Assembly (NCBI GenBank): GCA_950097015.1
Contig: CATNEN010000025.1
Location: 3,658,001-3,722,000, forward strand
Source: Macrostomum hystrix
Taxonomy: Eukaryota; Animalia; Platyhelminthes
DNA length: 64,000 bases
Direction: 5' to 3'
Shown here: positions 1-9,912 of the stretch, one piece after another
How the letters are laid out: every line of letters begins with the position of its first letter
Numbering within the stretch: position 1 is the first letter of the stretch
The notes under the pieces: model-generated
The model's database searches: none
Seen by the model: only the letters and a program-made list of their open reading frames with translations
Told to the model about the DNA's origin: nothing
Position numbers and translations under genes: made by a program

Positions 1-204
1 TTACAGCAGTTTTATCGATCCAACCAACGTCTGCCCTAGACAGTTTGAACTGGCTGTGATTCACTTGCAATTACGTATAAAATGAGAGCAGTCTTTCCTA
101 TGTATGTCAAATGTTGCACTTTCAGCTTTAGAATTAGCTTCATAATAAAAGCTGAGGCGACACAATAAATAAGTCTTCAAACACACTAAAAGAAAGGCAA
201 GTCA

Positions 205-1229
205 ATGCCCAAGCTGCTAGTGACCGGCTTCGGTCCATTCAGCGCCTGCTCGGTCAATTCTAGCTGGCTATTGGCCCAGGCGGTGCGCGATCGTCTAGCC
301 AAGACTCAGCCATCCCTAACGGTTGTCGCAGTAGAAATCCCCGTTGAATATGCCATCGTAGCTGACAAAGTCCCGGCCCTCTGGTCAGAGGAGAAGCCAG
401 ATCTGGTGCTGCACCTGGGCTATTACGGCACTGGTAGGGCATTGCGTATTGAACGTAGGGCTAGGAATTCACCCTACTGCAGGCCGGACTATTGCAATTG
501 CACATGCGAGCAGGCCTTTGGTCGGTCTGTCTGTCACAAGGATGTCGAGGCGGATGTTGCCTACCGCTGCGGCCTCGATCTTGACCGAGCGGTGGAGGCT
601 GTCAAGCGAGATTTTCCCAACGGAGAGGTGAGGGGAGAGGTTGAGAGTGGACAGGTAGCGGGTGTTAGTGTAGGGCTAGCGGGTGCTAGTGGAGGGGCAG
701 CGGGTGGTAGTGAAGGGGCAGCGAGTGGTAGTGAAGGGGTAGCGGGTGGTAGTGAAGGGGTAGCGGGTGGTAGTGAAGGGGCAGCGGGTGGTAGTGGAGG
801 GGCAGCGGGTGGTAGTGAAGGGGCAGCGGGTGGTAGTGAAGGGGTAGCGGGTGGTAGTGAAGGGGCAGCGGGTGGTAGTGAAGGGGCAGCGGGTGGTAGT
901 GAAGGGGCAGCGGGTGGTAGTGAAGGGGTGGCGGATGGTAGTGGAGGGGCAGCGGGTGGTAGTGAAGGGGTAGTGAGGGGTAGCATTATGTCGGAACAGC
1001 TAAAGATAGAATCAAGCCCATTCAACACCCAAAGGTGGAGCTGGTAATGTCTGATGACGCCGGGCTCTACCTGTGCGAGTTTATCTACTGCGTTAGCTTG
1101 CACTGCGACGCCAAGCGCTGCGTGTTTGTTCACGTGCCCGACTGCGTTGGAAACGATGATAAACTGCAGCTGCTGTCCGCCGGTCTATGCAGTCTAGTCA
1201 ACGACCTGCTGCGTCAGTTGGAACTTTGA
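205..1229 (+). CDS. PGPEP1: Pyroglutamyl-peptidase I (peptidase C15), two exons 205-627 and 1035-1229, about 205 aa
   Basis: N-terminal LLVTGFGPF..VNSSW motif, Glu in IERRARN, Cys in DAGLYLCEFIY, His in FVHVP (Glu-Cys-His triad). Donor GAG|GTGAGG at 628; AAAG| acceptor at 1034 restores phase 0 (an alternative in-phase AG exists at 1016). Confidence 0.92.
655..982. repeat. 21-bp minisatellite (GCAGCGGGTGGTAGTGAAGGG), about 15 copies, inside the PGPEP1 intron
   Basis: Directly visible tandem units; source of the GSEGAAG repeats in ORF 205-1047. Confidence 0.95.
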
Positions 1230-2070
1230 TGAGCTGTTTCATCATCATCATTTCATGTGTTGGAAGATTTGTATAAGAGGCCTCTTTATCAGCTATCTGA
1301 TAATTGGCCCCTTTATCTGATAAGTGGTTCAGTTAAATGTATTTTTAAACTCTTGAAGATTACTCTTTATAGATTATAATTACTGCACACATTCACATTA
1401 ATTAAAATGTTTATCTAGGTATAAGCAGTATTGAAATTCCGCAATTATTTCTTACTTGATTAACTAATAAAGAGTCACTAATATTTGCTGATAAATATTG
1501 TTATTAATGATTCTAATTTGCTTATTTGCAAGCATTTTCTTATAATACTATGTTAGTTAATGGCTAAACTTGTTACCATTTTTCAAATGTGTCATGGTTG
1601 GAGGATCAGGTGTAGAACGATTCACGTCACAAATGATGCCCTGAATCTACACGCTTATCATTTCAGTTACATGACTGAATAACTTCCTGAAACTATTTCA
1701 TTCCGAAAATGTTATTGCTGGTGATTTTCTATATCATGGCTGAATTATTGTAGTAAATTTTCATCTCATTCGGACCTCTTTTATCAAAGTTTTAAGTGCA
1801 TATTTTTTGCTGTAGAGTAACCTAGAATATATAATAATTGTAGCTGAGTACATTAATCATGTACTCATAGCAATTCAGAATACTGCCAAACCTCTAGGAT
1901 TACGAAATTCTATCTGATAAGTTTTTGTCTTCTTTGGCTTTCTATATTAAGTGTAAATTTAGCTAATATGAATTGATTTATATATTTAGAACGAAAAAAG
2001 CTCGAAAATTTCTTATTGATTTTTGCAACGGTCTGTTTGCTTTGCTTTATTATTTATTTGCCCATTTTGT

Positions 2071-3603
2071 CTCAGCCAGATCAGGCATCAATTGTGAGTC
2101 CTTATCTCAGCCAGATCAGAAATCAATTGTGAGTCCTTATCTCAGCCAGATCAGGCATCAATTGTGAGTCCTTATCTCAGCCAGATCAGAAACCAATTGT
2201 GAGTCCTTATCTCAGCCAGATCAGGCACCAATTGTGAGTCCTTATCTCAGCCAGATCAGAAACCAATTGTGAGTCCTTATCTCAGCCAGATCAGGCATCA
2301 ATTGTGAGTCCTTATCTCAGCCAGAGCAGAAACCAATTGTGAGTCCTTATCTCAGCCAGATCAGGCATCAATTGTGAGTCCTTATCTCAGCCAGATCAGA
2401 AATCAATTGTGAGTCCTTATCTCAGCCAGATGAGACATCAGTTGTGAGTCCTTATCTCAGCCAGATCAGAAACCAATTGTGAGTCCTTATCTCAGCCAGA
2501 TCAGGCATCAATTGTGAGTCCTTATCTCAGCCAGATGAGACATCAATTGTGAGTCCTTATCTCAGCCAGATGAGACATCAATTGTGAGTCCTTATCTCAG
2601 CCAGATCAGAAACCAATTGTGAGTCCTTATCTCAGCCAGATCAGGCACCAATTGTGAGTCCTTATCTCAGCCAGATCAGAAATCAATTGTGAGTCCTTAT
2701 CTCAGCCAGATCAGAAATCAATTGTGAGTCCTTATCTCAGCCAGATCAGAAATCAATTGTGAGTCCTTATCTCAGCCAGATGAGACATCAATTGTGAGTC
2801 CTTATCTCAGCCAGATCAGAAACCAATTGTGAGTCCTTATCTCAGCCAGATCAGGCACCAATTGTGAGTCCTTATCTCAGCCAGATCAGGCACCAATTGT
2901 GAGTCCTTATCTCAGCCAGATCAGAAATCAATTGTGAGTCCTTATCTCAGCCAGATCAGAAATCAATTGTGAGTCCTTATCTCAGCCAGATCAGAAATCA
3001 ATTGTGAGTCCTTATCTCAGCCAGATGAGACATCAATTGTGAGTCCTTATCTCAGCCAGATCAGAAACCAATTGTGAGTCCTTATCTCAGCCAGATGAGA
3101 CATCAATTGTGAGTCCTTATCTCAGCCAGATCAGAAATCAATTGTGAGTCCCTATCTCAGCCAGATGAGACATCAATTGTGAGTCCTTATCTCAGCCAGA
3201 TGAGACATCAATTGTGAGTCCCTATCTCAGCCAGATGAGACATCAATTGTGAGTCCTTATCTCAGCCAGATCAGAAATCAATTGTGAATCCTTGTCTCAG
3301 ACAGATCAGAAATCAATTGTGAGTCCTTATCTCAGCCAGAGCAGAAACCAATTGTGAGTCCTTATCTCAGCCAGATCAGGCACCAATTGTGAGTTCTTAT
3401 CTCAGCCAGATCAGAAATCAATTGTGAGTCCTTATCTCAGCCAGATCAAGCATCAATTGTGATTCCTTATCTCAGCCAGATCAGGCATCAATTGTGAGTC
3501 CTTATCTCAGCCAGATCAGAAATCAATTGTGAGTCCTTATCTCAGCCAGACCAGGCATCAATTGTGAGTCCTTATCTCAGCCAGATCAGAAATCAATTGT
3601 GAG
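2071..3603. repeat. 35-bp tandem array (CTCAGCCAGATCAGGCATCAATTGTGAGTCCTTAT), about 44 copies
   Basis: Period read directly (CTCAG at 2071, 2106, 2141); variants confined to a central GGCAT/AAAT/AAAC/GACAT segment. Confidence 0.97.
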
Positions 3604-3664
3604 CGCTTAATATAACCCTTATTTTCGAAATTTCAGACCTGCTCATCGCCTAGCAACTGTTGCC

Positions 3665-4145
3665 ATGCAAACTGACGCGTACAATGCAACTACTACTACT
3701 ACTTCAGTCCGGCAGGAGGGTCCGGGCATCGGGCTAGATCGAGAATATCCCAAATCAATCATGGGAATCCTGATGATTGTAGCCTCTGTAATGGGAATTA
3801 TCCTAATTATCTGCGGCTCAATTTTTCCCTGGTCCTACTTAGGCGGCGGCTACATAGTATTCGTCGGCATTCTGGTCTTCTTCGGCACTGGCACCCTGTT
3901 TGTACTCTATCTGCTGCGCGTGGTGCCACGAATTCCTGGCCCGTTCGGCCTAATTGTGAGTACACAATCTTTATCTTTACCATTTTAATCCGATGCTGGA
4001 TTCATTATCGACTGATGGATTAGAAAGGATCTTATAAACTTTCCAGATGCTGATCTATCTGCTTGTTGTTATCGTCCTTGCCATTATCGCTCTGATTGTG
4101 GCTGCATCGAAAGGATGGAACAGCGGGGCTGCCATTGCCAGCGCT
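3665..4145 (+). CDS. MARVEL-domain 4-TM protein (plasmolipin/CMTM-like), coding exons 1-2 (3665-3955, 4047-4145)
   Basis: Three hydrophobic helices; donors ATT|GTGAGT (3956) and GCT|GTGAGT (4146); acceptor TTTCCAG| (4046); all phase 0. Upstream acceptor TTTCAG at 3636. Confidence 0.75.
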
Positions 4146-4676
4146 GTGAGTGTCTATTTTCTATATTCTCATTCAACATTAATTAAACTGACGTGGAATG
4201 GTTTCGAACACGGAAAGTTAAAAAAAGTAAAATGAACTTTTCTGCTGTTAGAAACGAGAAATGTTTAATTAGCTTTGGAGTTTTCTATGTTTCCTTGTAA
4301 GTAAATGCAATGCATCTTGATTTTTACTTGATTTCTAAAAGGCTTTAGTCTCACAGAGCCAGACTTTTGTCGCCTCTCGAAGGCCTAAAAATCGCGCAAT
4401 GCTTCTCATCTACGCGCTAAAATAATATTATATATAATACTAGCTTTTTTTGCCCGTTGTTTTTGGGGCAGAAATTTAAAGCAAAGCAGTAAGCAATTCA
4501 CGTCTCTGTATTAACTTTATAGTGAAGGTCACCATTTATTTATTTACTGCATTAATGAAAAGTGAAGAGTTTGTTTAAGGGCGTTTTAAGTAAAAAATAA
4601 GTGAAAAGTTTGTCCAAACAGCCCCCTCTTGATTACTTCTTTAGAAACATGTCTCTTAGCCACTCCTCTATACAGT

Positions 4677-4968
4677 CAGTGGCAGATCCAGGAATTTTGT
4701 TTTGGGGCGGTCTGTCAGGGGAGCGCCATGAGAATCACAGAGGGGGTTCCAGCGGCCGAAAAAGGGCGCCAGGAGCCAAGAAAGGGCGCCAGCGGCTGAA
4801 AAACGGGAGCCAGCGGCTGAAAAAGGGGCGCCAGCGGCTGAAAAAGGGGCGCCAGCGGCCGAAAAGGGGCGCCAGTCGCAGCACTGGCGCCCCTGGTGGG
4901 GGCATCTTATTCCGATGATTAAAATTTAGGGGGCGACTGCCCCCCCGCCCCCCCTAAATCTGCCTCTG
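4677..4968. mobile_element. hAT-type MITE, 292 bp
   Basis: Imperfect TIR CAGTGGCAGATCCAGG / CCTAAATCTGCCTCTG; perfect 8-bp TSD TATACAGT at 4669-4676 and 4969-4976; internal GGGGCGCCAGCGGCTGAAAAA repeats. Confidence 0.9.
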
Positions 4969-5120
4969 TATACAGTATGCATGTACACGCGTATACATAA
5001 AGAAAATAGCCATGGCATAACAATAACAATGTCAAAGAAACAAAATTAAACTGTTTCAGAGTTCAGAGTTAGACAGGTCAAGGTCAATTCGTGACTACTT
5101 TTCTATTAATTGCTTGCGAG

Positions 5121-6086
5121 TCACCTCAAGGCCTGGGGATACACCACATTCTTCGTTCTTCCCCTTGGTGCGAAAATGAATAGGCCAGCTGGATTTCCAA
5201 CACGGGAGCAGGCGACACAAAGCTGCCCATGCGAGAAGCAAGGAGTCTCCAGGTTGATGCCAGCCACCTTCAGCGACTGTCCCTGAGCCTTGTTAATAGT
5301 CATCGCAAAGCACACTCTCACAGGGAACTGCAGTCGCTTGAACTGAAATGGCAGGTCCGTGGGGATAATTGGAATCCGGGGAACGAACACAGACTCTCCT
5401 CTGCCAGATCCAGTCATTATCGTGGCCTCAATCACGTGTGGGAAGAGCCGCCTGACTATCAGTCTGGTGCCGTTACACAGCCTTGGCGCATTCAGGTTGC
5501 GGAGGAGCATAATTGGTGCCCCAACTTTCAGCTGCAAGTTGTGCGATGGAGTTCCAGGAGGATCTAGAGAGTTCAGAAACTCAACAGGATACTCCACAGC
5601 GGTGTCATCAGTCAACGTTGTATCAATTGACTTGTAGGTGAAAACTGCACCTGGCAACTCCTGAAGCAGTTGGTAGTTAATTTCGTTGGCGGCATCATTT
5701 CTAGGACACAGAATTGCCCTCTCTGACAGCCAGTCAACGTCAGCATATCGAACCATCAGGTTCGGGTAAACTTTTGCCTTGAGCTCCTGCACTGACTGCA
5801 CAATGGTTCCGATTGTAGCGATCGATGACTGCCCATCCTCGGTGCTAATCTCCAGCAGACCATTGCCGATTCGCAATAGATTGGCAGAGAACTCATGAGC
5901 TGTTTCGTCTCCTTGAATTGTAGCTCTCATGTTTGTTCGTAGGTGCAACTTCACAACCGATGGCCACAGGTGAGATGATTTTAGGCAAGCATTAATCTCA
6001 TCAGCAGGAGTGCCACGCGGAATCACAGGCAGTGTCTGTCTAAAGTCTCCAGACAGCAGCAGAGTGACACCACCCATCAGTTGATC
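5121..6086 (-). pseudogene. C-terminal fragment of Helitron Pif1-family helicase
   Basis: Motifs LLLSGDFRQTLPVIPRG, LCNGTRL, QFPVRVCFAMTINKAQGQSL, FSHGQLCVACSRV. N-terminal Rep and helicase motifs are absent. The ORF-track start at 6251 runs into the hAT terminus and is spurious. Confidence 0.9.
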
Positions 6087-6638
6087 GCCAGCCTCTCTCT
6101 TTCTTCTATCCCAGGCTGGCTGGAGAGAAATATCGACCGGAGAGTAGGGATGCCAACTCCGGTTAACCGGTTTGCCAAAAAACCGGTTTCGGGCCGAAAA
6201 ACCGGTTTTGAAAAAACCGGTTTTTTGGTCCGGTTTTTCACGGTTTTTCACATGCTTATTAAAATTCTAAAATGGAATACAATCTAGATATAAAGAGTCA
6301 CAAGACTCACAACAACGTGACAAATGTCACAACCACAACAATACACATCACAATTCATAATGTCGCAAACAATTCAACGTGAGTCGTGACTCTTGAAAAT
6401 TAGAAATTTAAATTCAATAATTTCTTCGAAATCAAAAGTGAAAATATTATAACGTAAAATAGAATGGGATTTGTCTTGGGCAATTTGTGTTTCGTAACTT
6501 TCGTATCACCACCTACGGCTACTAGGATGGGTTTCAGACTTTCAGCTAGGCTTTCAGCATTCAGTGATTCAGATTCAGTCATTTTTCAGGGCTTCCAGAT
6601 CCAGAAGTTTTAACTTTTAGCTTTCAGCTTTCTAGTTT

Positions 6639-6973
6639 CCCGTACAACGTACAAGTACAACGTACAAGTACAAGTACAACAATCCGAGTCCCGACTCCCG
6701 ACCCGATCCCGACGTCGACCGTCGGCCGACATCGCTGTAATGTAACATTACCACTTTTCCTATCTCCCGGTCCCGAGTCCCGAATCCGATCCCGACCCGA
6801 CCCGACGTCTAGCAGACGTCTAAATCTAAATAAACGTCAAACGTCGGTTGGTTGGTGTTGGTGGTCAGGACTCAGGACTCAGGAGATGGTAAAAGCGGTA
6901 ATGCTACAGCGACGTTGGCCAACGTCGAAAAAGTCGCCAACATTGGCTGATGTCGGATTGTTGTTTGTACGGG
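6639..6973. repeat. Imperfect palindromic module (CCCGTACAA...TTGTACGGG) inside the hAT 5' region
   Basis: Left arm ..GGCCGACATCGCTGTAA..TATCTCC is mirrored by right arm GGAGAT..TACAGCGACGTTGGCC; a related copy lies at 13653-13864. Confidence 0.65.
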
Positions 6974-7827
6974 TTTCCATATCATATCACTGGCTGGCAC
7001 TGGCAGGCAGCATTGCCATTGCCATTAGCTCAGCATTATCTTTACTCAGGACAGGACAGGAGTCAGGAGTCAGGACTCAGGACTCAGGAGTCTAGGAGTT
7101 AGGTTAGGTATTTACTATTTAGTATTTACTATTGAGTATAGGCCCAAGTGTCCAAGCCCAACCATTTGCTAATTTCTCTTCTAATCAGTCTAATGAAGGA
7201 GCTCTATATATAGTCTACTATCATCTGTAACTATATGTAACTGTAATCTATAAGCATAATTAAATATGTACAAAGTGCATTGTACTATGCATGGGCCAGT
7301 GTGGGCTGTGTGGCACTTTAAAATCCAAATTCAAAATATGTGAGTTAAGCCTGACTATTGTCAATGACAATTAAATAAATTTATTTAATTCTAAATATAA
7401 ATGCTAAGAAAATGAATAATTTTTTTGTAAATTTGTAATTGCAAGTATATATATATATCATATAGTAAAATTTCTTAGGAAAGGTTTGAATTACTTATAT
7501 AGCCAAGGGAAAGCCCAAAGGGTCCTAAGGGTAAAGGTGCAACCAGGTGGGCTTTAGCCATTCGTCATTACTACTCATTAGCCTTAAGTCATAAGTCATT
7601 AGCCTTAGCCAACTATATATTTCTGTCAAATTTCAAAGTGAAATCTCCATGGTTATATCATATATAAAATGATAGGGTAGGCCTAATAATATTTTTTTAC
7701 ATATTTCTAAATATTTTATTTGAATTCATAAGTAATAAATAACAACTACCATTGAATATAAGTAAAAAAATCTAATCTAATTAATTGCAGATCATCATCA
7801 GGATTCAGGACATCAGCAAAGATACAA

Positions 7828-9912
7828 ATGTCTAGTCTTCCAAAGTCTAGCATATGGACGAATTTTCAGAGAATTTCTGAAAAGCAAGCTAGTTGCAATA
7901 TTTGCAAGACTACAATCCAGACTAAGGGAGGATCCACTTCGGCCATGCATGCGCATCTGAAGAAGTTACATGATATCAAACTTCCTGTTTCTGGGACAAA
8001 TACTAAGTCTGGAAATAGCAGAATGCCTCGTGCTACTAGCAGCATTAGCCAACCTTTGCAAGATAGCCAAGCTGCCCCCACTGCCACAGCTGCAGCTGGC
8101 CCAGTTGTCCAAGCTGCCCTAGCTGGCCCAACACCTGCAAAGCAGTCAAAAATAGTTGAATTTCTGTCTCGTAAGCCAGTGGATGATAATGCTATTTTTG
8201 CCAGAATGGTAGCCAAGGATGGAATTGCATTTCGATTGTTTGTAACATCTGAGGATATTCGAAGTGGTCTCCAAGCACGTGGAGTGCATGTCCCCAAGTC
8301 AAGGGAGACAATCAAGGCTCGGGTGATGTTGTTTGCAGACTCAGTTGAGGCTGAAATAAAGACAGATCTTTGTGCGCGACGCAAATGTGGTGAAAGGTTT
8401 GCCCTGACACTTGATGAGTGGACAGGTATAAACAATCGTCGTTATATGAATGTGAACATTCACTTAGCCAATCGAAGTCATCACAATCTTGGACTTGTAA
8501 GAGTTCATGGATCAATGAATGCTGAGGCTTGTTTGCAGCTTGTAACTGAACATGTCAGCAAGTTTGGAGTAGATGTCACCAAAGACATCATTGCTTGTAC
8601 TACAGACGGAGCATCAGTGATGGTGAAGTTTGGAAGGTTAATTCATGCTGAGCACCACCTGTGTTTTGCACATGCAATTCATCTGGCTGTATCTGATGTG
8701 CTTTATTGTCCTGTTGCTACCGCAGTTACATCTACTGTTTCTGTTTCTGATGTCGAAGCTGATGCATGTGATGATGCTGAAGTGGCCATGCTGTGGGACT
8801 TGTCTGATGAAGGAACTGATGGCAATGCTATGCAACTGAATCCTACTATTCAAGAACTCATTGTCAAAGTTCGCGATGTTGTCAAGTGTTTTCGCGGAAA
8901 ACCTGTGCGCAATGACACACTTCAGTCATTTGTGAAGGCAAGTCATGGATCTGAGCTTAGTCTCATCCTTGATTGTCGGACTCGGTGGAATTCCTTGCTG
9001 AGTATGGTGGATCGCTTCTTGCTGCTTTTGAAGCCCATACAGCGAGCACTCTTGCAACTTGATCTCGAATTCCCATTGGATCGCCAAGACATTGCACGCT
9101 TGAATGAAATCAACCAGGCCCTCAAACCTGTAGAGCTAATTGTGAAGACACTATGCCAGCGTGATTGCACAATCGTCACTGCAATCAATGCAGTAGAGTT
9201 CGCCATACTGAAGCTGTCAAGCCAAGAAAGTGACCCTGCACAGGATCTTTCCAGCTCACTTAAGCTGCGTATTCAAGAGCGCAGCGGACCCATAGTCACT
9301 GCAGCCAAGTTTCTCTTCCAATATGGAGCTACTGACTCAAAATCTGAGCTCAATGCCGTTAAGTATACTTTAATTGCTCTCGCCAAGAAACTAGAACTGT
9401 GTGCACAGCCTGAGGACAATGCCGATCAAACTGCTAGTGAAAGTGGAGCAGCTGCAGCAGGTCTTAACATGAATCTGGAATTGTCAACACGCTCGGAGGA
9501 GTTGGCAGCATCATCTTTACCAGCACCAGTAGCTGCGTGTTCAAGACCAGCTGAAGCAATCGACAGCAATCGGGCAAATCAGCAAGAGGTCTGCATAGGC
9601 CTAGAAGACCAGCTGAAGTTATTTTTGCAACAGAAGAATGAGCAGCCTCGAAATCGAAACCAAAGCATGACACTAGAAAGTCGAATTGGCCGCGAGATTG
9701 AGTTCCTCCGTATTGCACAGCAACGAGGCACTTTGCTCACGCAACTATACCAAGGACTTCAGCTAATTCCACCTACAAGTGTCGAGGCTGAACGTGCGTT
9801 TTCTGCAAGTGGATCTTTCCTGTCGAAAGTGCGATCTCGACTGACTGACACTACACTGTCAAGGCTCGTCATGCTCCGCCATTACTTTTTAAAGCGTGAA
9901 AGGGACACATGA
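7828..9912 (+). CDS. hAT transposase, 694 aa, with N-terminal BED zinc finger
   Basis: BED finger IWTNF..CNIC..HLKKLH; catalytic LTLDEWT, TTDGAS, CFAHAIHL, TRWNS; dimerisation domain PPTSVEAERAFS; uninterrupted ORF. Confidence 0.95.
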   Translation: MSSLPKSSIWTNFQRISEKQASCNICKTTIQTKGGSTSAMHAHLKKLHDIKLPVSGTNTKSGNSRMPRATSSISQPLQDSQAAPTATAAAGPVVQAALAGPTPAKQSKIVEFLSRKPVDDNAIFARMVAKDGIAFRLFVTSEDIRSGLQARGVHVPKSRETIKARVMLFADSVEAEIKTDLCARRKCGERFALTLDEWTGINNRRYMNVNIHLANRSHHNLGLVRVHGSMNAEACLQLVTEHVSKFGVDVTKDIIACTTDGASVMVKFGRLIHAEHHLCFAHAIHLAVSDVLYCPVATAVTSTVSVSDVEADACDDAEVAMLWDLSDEGTDGNAMQLNPTIQELIVKVRDVVKCFRGKPVRNDTLQSFVKASHGSELSLILDCRTRWNSLLSMVDRFLLLLKPIQRALLQLDLEFPLDRQDIARLNEINQALKPVELIVKTLCQRDCTIVTAINAVEFAILKLSSQESDPAQDLSSSLKLRIQERSGPIVTAAKFLFQYGATDSKSELNAVKYTLIALAKKLELCAQPEDNADQTASESGAAAAGLNMNLELSTRSEELAASSLPAPVAACSRPAEAIDSNRANQQEVCIGLEDQLKLFLQQKNEQPRNRNQSMTLESRIGREIEFLRIAQQRGTLLTQLYQGLQLIPPTSVEAERAFSASGSFLSKVRSRLTDTTLSRLVMLRHYFLKRERDT

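Noticed and set aside
1286-1323. Small TTATCAG-CTAT-CTGATAA hairpin and GATA motifs in the PGPEP1 3' UTR
   Set aside because: A 7-bp AT-rich stem is expected by chance.
4601-4918. 105-aa basic ORF with RQRLKKG repeats
   Set aside because: Product of the MITE internal repeat; GTG start outside the element.
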